A model generated the notes under the pieces. That model did no database searches. It saw only the letters and a program-made list of their open reading frames with translations, and was not told where the DNA came from. Positions 7,264-11,133 of a stretch of DNA of 11,133 bases are shown piece by piece. Origin of the DNA: Abditibacteriaceae bacterium. Lineage in GTDB: Bacteria; Armatimonadota; Abditibacteriia; Abditibacteriales; Abditibacteriaceae. Made by a program: the position numbers and the translations under genes. Location of the stretch: assembly GCA_031425655.1 (NCBI GenBank), contig JANPJS010000060.1, positions 1 through 11,133 of the forward strand. Direction: 5' to 3'. Position 1 is the first letter of the stretch, and each line of letters begins with the position of its first letter.

Positions 7264-10200
7264 ATGAAATTGCTTCGCGCCGTCTCCGCCGCCGTTTTGC
7301 TGGTTTCCAGCGCCGCTTTTGCGCAGCCGCAAGGCTGGGGGCACAGCGGCGAATTGGTCGTTCTCACCACGCCCGACGGCGCCAATTTGCCCGCTGGTGC
7401 CTCTCTGGAAAATTTCCCGCTGCTGGTGCGCCTGCACAAGGATTGGTTCGACTTCGCGCAAGCCAAGCCAAACGGCGATGACATTCGCTTTAGCGACGCC
7501 AACGGCGCGGCGCTGCCCTATGAAATTGAGTTTTGGGACGCCGCTAAAGGCGAAGCCGCCGTTTGGGTGCGCGTGCCGAAAATCGCAGGCAACGCTCGTC
7601 AAGCCTTGAAAATGCACTGGGGCAAGGCCGATGCGACCAGCGAATCAAGCGGCGCGGCAGTGTTTAACGAAGCCAACGGCTATGCCAGCGTGTTGCACAT
7701 GGACGGCGCGCTCAAAGACGAAACCGGCGTGCTGACGCCCAAAGACCTCGGCACGACTGCCGCCGAAGGAATCGTCGGCGCGGCGCGGCATTTGGAGCGC
7801 GGCAAGGGCATTTTGGCGGGCGACCACGTGGCGACTTACCCTTTTGGCGACGGCGCGTTTACCTCGGAAGTGTGGTATCGCCCGACAGTCGCAGGAACCA
7901 CGATTTTTTATTGGGGCCGCTACGCCACACGCCTCAACGGCAAAACCGGCGACGGCAACGAAGTGGGCCTGAACATCGGGGCACCGCCCAGTTTGTCATG
8001 GTCTTCGGATGGCCCCGGCGGTGCTTCAACAAGCGAGATGCCGGTGATGGGCCAGTGGAACCATGTGGCGGCGACCTACGAAAACGGCATCAACCGTATT
8101 TATGTGAACGGGCATCTGGCGGGCGAGCGGTTTCACAAGGCCGCGATGTCCATCGTCAAAGACGTGGTGGTCAGCATTGGCGGTATGCGCGGCGGCGATT
8201 TTCGCTACGAAGGCGACATTGACGAAGTGCGCGTTTCGCGCGTGGCGCGCTCGGCCCATTGGCTGAAACTGCAATACGAAAACCAGCGGCCCATGCAAAC
8301 CGCCGTCGGGCCACTGGTGCCCGCCGGAAACGATTTTTCGGTTAGTCAAACCGCGCTGACGCTACGCGAAGGCCAAAGCGCCACCATCACAGCCAAGGCG
8401 GGCGGCGCGCAGAAGATTTACTGGATTCTCAAAAAGGACGGCGGCGAAACTTTGGCCGCCGTTGACCGCTTCGCCTTCATATTGCCCGCCGGGCGCGTCA
8501 CCGCCGACACCGCGCTGACGCTGCAACTCAAAGTGGTGGACAAAGGCGGCGTCAAAACCAAAGACATTCCGATCACGATTAAAGAAGACATTCCCGAACC
8601 GGTGGCGCAGCTCAAAGCGCCCGCCAAATGGAACGGGCGCGACACCATCGAAGTGGTGCCGACCATCAAAAACCTCGCCGCCATGCAGGCCAAGGGTGCT
8701 GGGGACATAAAAACCACCTGGTCAGTGCTGGGCGGCGCGGTGATCAAGGAAATCGCGCCGGGCAAGCTGATTCTCAAGCGCTCGCAGTTCACCGGAAACA
8801 TCACTGTGCGCGCCGCACTGGGCAACGGTGGCATCGAAACCGTGACCACCGCCACCATCGCGGTGAAAGAACCGGCGCGCGATGCCTGGGTGCAACGTGT
8901 GCCGGGCAAAGACGAACAGCCCGAAGAAAACCAGTTCTACGCGCGCGACGACAAAAACGAAGGCACGCTGTTCTACAATGGCACGCTGACCAGCGCCGCC
9001 GACGAAGTGTTTTTGAAGCTCTACGCCAACGGTAAGCTGCAAAGCGCGCAAAACCAGAAGCCCAAAGCCGATAAAAGCTATGCGTTCACCGCCAAGCTGA
9101 AGCCCGGCCTGATCAACTACAAAGTCGAATTCGGCACCAAAACCGGCGGCGGCGAAACCGTCGTGAAAACCGTGGACAACCTGATTTGCGGCGACGCCTA
9201 CATCATCGAAGGCCAATCGAATGCCGAGGCCACCGGCCCCAACAACGGCCCAGCCGAAGACCCGGTTTCGCCGGTTGGCGAGTGGATTCGCAGCTACGGC
9301 AACCAGCATCAGGGCAGCACCAAGGGCGGCTGGGGCAACGCGGTGCGCACGCACATTTGGGGCAAGCAAAACTATGGCGACCACCAGATCGGCGCGTGGG
9401 GCATGCCCCTTGCTGTTGGACTTGTCACCAAATACAGCATCCCGGTGTGTTTTATCAACGGCGCGGTAGGTGGCACCCCGATTTTTCAACACCAGCCCAA
9501 TCCGGCCAATCGCTTCGACACCAGCGGCGAATTTTACGCGAATCCCTACAAGATTTATGGCAGCTTGCTGACGCGCGTGACGGCAGCCAAATTAACGCAC
9601 GGCATACGCGGCGTGATCTGGCATCAGGGCGAAAACGACAGCGGTTCGGGCGCGCCCACCGGCGATTGGAACTACAAATCGTATCAGCGATACTTCGTGG
9701 ACATGGCGGCGGCGTGGAAGCAGGATTTTCCCAATATCCAGCATTACTATGTCTTTCAAGTGTGGCCGCTGCCCTGTAGCATGGGGCCAAAAGACGACCA
9801 CATCCGCGAAGCGCAGCGCACGCTGCCGCATCTGTTTTCCAACCTGCGCACCATGTCCACCATCGGCGCCGCCGGCGAGCACGCGGGGCGGGGCTGGTGC
9901 CACTTCGATCTCGATGGCTACGCGCAGTTCGCGCGCTTTATCAGTCCGCTGCTTGAGCAGGACAACTACGGGCTAACCTCGAAAGAGCCGGTGACTGCGC
10001 CCAACCTGTTAAGCGCCCGGTTCACCAGCGCCGCGCGCGATGAAATCGCCCTCGATTTTGGCCAACCCGTCGCGTGGAAAGACGAAGTCAAACGCTCGTT
10101 TTATCTCGACGAAACGGTGGCCTCCATTGCTTCGGCTTCGGTCGCGGGCAACGTGCTGACGCTGAAATTAGCCGCGCCTTCGCAGGCGAAAACCATCACT

Positions 10201-10317
10201 TACCTGACCGGGCGCGGCTGGGACGGCAAACCCGCGCAACTGCTTTTCGGCACCAACGGCATCGCCGCACTGACGTTTTGCGAAGTGCCAATTGCGGCCG
10301 CAAAGCCACTCCAATAA
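7264..10317 (+). CDS. Secreted multidomain protein: DUF2341 + LamG/ConA-like + beta-rich linkers + SGNH/SASA-type (sialate O-acetylesterase-like) esterase
   Basis: Signal peptide ends AFA-Q. DUF2341 motifs NGDDIRFSD...LPYEIEFWD...VWVRVP. LamG motifs GQWNHVAATY...IYVNG...GDIDEVRVSRVARS..W. SGNH blocks GDAYIIEGQSNA (9211-9222 GQSN), AVGGT, GVIWHQGEND, and His in GWCHF; 1017 aa. Confidence 0.88.
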   Translation: MKLLRAVSAAVLLVSSAAFAQPQGWGHSGELVVLTTPDGANLPAGASLENFPLLVRLHKDWFDFAQAKPNGDDIRFSDANGAALPYEIEFWDAAKGEAAVWVRVPKIAGNARQALKMHWGKADATSESSGAAVFNEANGYASVLHMDGALKDETGVLTPKDLGTTAAEGIVGAARHLERGKGILAGDHVATYPFGDGAFTSEVWYRPTVAGTTIFYWGRYATRLNGKTGDGNEVGLNIGAPPSLSWSSDGPGGASTSEMPVMGQWNHVAATYENGINRIYVNGHLAGERFHKAAMSIVKDVVVSIGGMRGGDFRYEGDIDEVRVSRVARSAHWLKLQYENQRPMQTAVGPLVPAGNDFSVSQTALTLREGQSATITAKAGGAQKIYWILKKDGGETLAAVDRFAFILPAGRVTADTALTLQLKVVDKGGVKTKDIPITIKEDIPEPVAQLKAPAKWNGRDTIEVVPTIKNLAAMQAKGAGDIKTTWSVLGGAVIKEIAPGKLILKRSQFTGNITVRAALGNGGIETVTTATIAVKEPARDAWVQRVPGKDEQPEENQFYARDDKNEGTLFYNGTLTSAADEVFLKLYANGKLQSAQNQKPKADKSYAFTAKLKPGLINYKVEFGTKTGGGETVVKTVDNLICGDAYIIEGQSNAEATGPNNGPAEDPVSPVGEWIRSYGNQHQGSTKGGWGNAVRTHIWGKQNYGDHQIGAWGMPLAVGLVTKYSIPVCFINGAVGGTPIFQHQPNPANRFDTSGEFYANPYKIYGSLLTRVTAAKLTHGIRGVIWHQGENDSGSGAPTGDWNYKSYQRYFVDMAAAWKQDFPNIQHYYVFQVWPLPCSMGPKDDHIREAQRTLPHLFSNLRTMSTIGAAGEHAGRGWCHFDLDGYAQFARFISPLLEQDNYGLTSKEPVTAPNLLSARFTSAARDEIALDFGQPVAWKDEVKRSFYLDETVASIASASVAGNVLTLKLAAPSQAKTITYLTGRGWDGKPAQLLFGTNGIAALTFCEVPIAAAKPLQ
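7324..7482 (+). repeat. Near-identical DUF2341-coding segment, copy 1
   Basis: 151/159 nt identical to 10387-10545 (offset 3063, ungapped). Confidence 0.9.
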
Positions 10318-10326
10318 TTCCAATCC

Positions 10327-11133
10327 ATGAAAAAACTCCTGTCGTTCCTCGCCGCCGTCTGTCTGTTCCAGCACACCGCGTTCGCCCAGCCGCAAGGCTG
10401 GAAGCACAGCGGCGAATTGGTCGTTCTCACCACGCCCGAAGGCGCCAATTTGCCCGCTGGTGCCGCGCTCGAAAACTTCCCGCTGCTGGTGCGCCTGCAC
10501 AAAGATTGGTTCGACTTCGCGCAAGCCAAGCCAAACGGCGATGACCTTCGTTTCACCGATGCCAACGGCGCGGCACTGCCCTACGAAATCGAATCGTGGG
10601 ACGCCGCCAAGGGCGAAGCCGCCATCTGGGTGCGCGTGCCGAAAATCGCAGGCAACACCCGCCAAACCCTAAAAATGCACTGGGGAAAGGCCGATGCGCC
10701 CAGCGAATCGAACGCCAAAGCCGTTTTCGGCGAAGCCAACGGCTACGCCAGCGTGTGGCATTTGGGCAGCGAAGTGGTGGACGCGACCGGGTTCCTGACC
10801 GCAAAAGACACCGGCACCACGCCGATAGCCGGGCTAATCGGGCAGAGCCGTCAGTTCGTTCTTGGCAAAGGCATCAACGGCGGCGAAAAAATCACCGGAT
10901 TGCCCGCCGAGAACGAGCCTCACTCAACCGAAGCATGGATTCGGGCCTCGCGCGCCAACGGAAATGTCGTCGGATGGGGCGTGGAACAAGGTCAAAGCAA
11001 AGTGGTGATGAGCTTCGCCAGCCCGCCGCATATTCGGGTGGACGCCTATTTTTCGCCCGGCAACGTGGAAAGCAAAAGCCGCTTGCAAACCGATGAATGG
11101 CTGCACGTGGTTCACACCTACAAAGAGGGCGAG
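10327..11133 (+). CDS. 3'-truncated secreted DUF2341 + LamG protein, paralogue of the upstream gene (absent from the ORF track)
   Basis: ATG 10327, 9 nt after the upstream TAA: MKKLLSFLAAVCLFQHTAFAQPQGWKHSGELVVLTTPEGANLP...GDDLRFTD...YEIESWD...HSTEAWIR...DEWLHVVHTYKEGE. Open to the window end (269 codons). Confidence 0.92.
   Translation, partial: MKKLLSFLAAVCLFQHTAFAQPQGWKHSGELVVLTTPEGANLPAGAALENFPLLVRLHKDWFDFAQAKPNGDDLRFTDANGAALPYEIESWDAAKGEAAIWVRVPKIAGNTRQTLKMHWGKADAPSESNAKAVFGEANGYASVWHLGSEVVDATGFLTAKDTGTTPIAGLIGQSRQFVLGKGINGGEKITGLPAENEPHSTEAWIRASRANGNVVGWGVEQGQSKVVMSFASPPHIRVDAYFSPGNVESKSRLQTDEWLHVVHTYKEGE
10387..10545 (+). repeat. Near-identical DUF2341-coding segment, copy 2
   Basis: 151/159 nt identical to 7324-7482. 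Confidence 0.9.

Noticed and set aside
10315..10329. Readthrough fusion of the two in-frame DUF2341 genes
   Set aside because: The second gene has its own ATG and signal peptide, so the shared frame is likely coincidental.
7324..10545. Diversity-generating retroelement TR/VR pair
   Set aside because: Both copies are in-frame coding N-termini, several mismatches do not involve adenine (tct/gcg, ctg/ctc, aat/aac), and no reverse transcriptase is present.

Overview
GC-rich bacterial window whose gene families (DUF1549/DUF1501, DUF2341, Tat-exported Gfo/Idh/MocA) are typical of Planctomycetota/Verrucomicrobiota-type genomes; the host cannot be assigned from this window. In order: the 3' part of a HEAT-repeat (probably DUF6288-type) gene; a collapsed DUF1549/cytochrome-c + DUF1501 pseudo-operon; three tandem, more AT-rich genes for secreted Ig-like proteins; an M42 aminopeptidase; a nested palindromic repeat between convergent genes; a Tat-exported Gfo/Idh/MocA oxidoreductase (minus strand); and two tandem DUF2341-LamG genes, the first ending in an SGNH/SASA esterase domain. 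The most notable structure not shown by the ORF track is a 54-bp direct repeat of the DUF1501 3' end (2096-2149 and 4401-4454, 8 of 9 differences synonymous) that brackets the three Ig-like genes, resembling a cassette integrated into a gene 3' end, with no integrase in the window. Family assignments come from motif recognition and alignments were done by hand; no searches were run.
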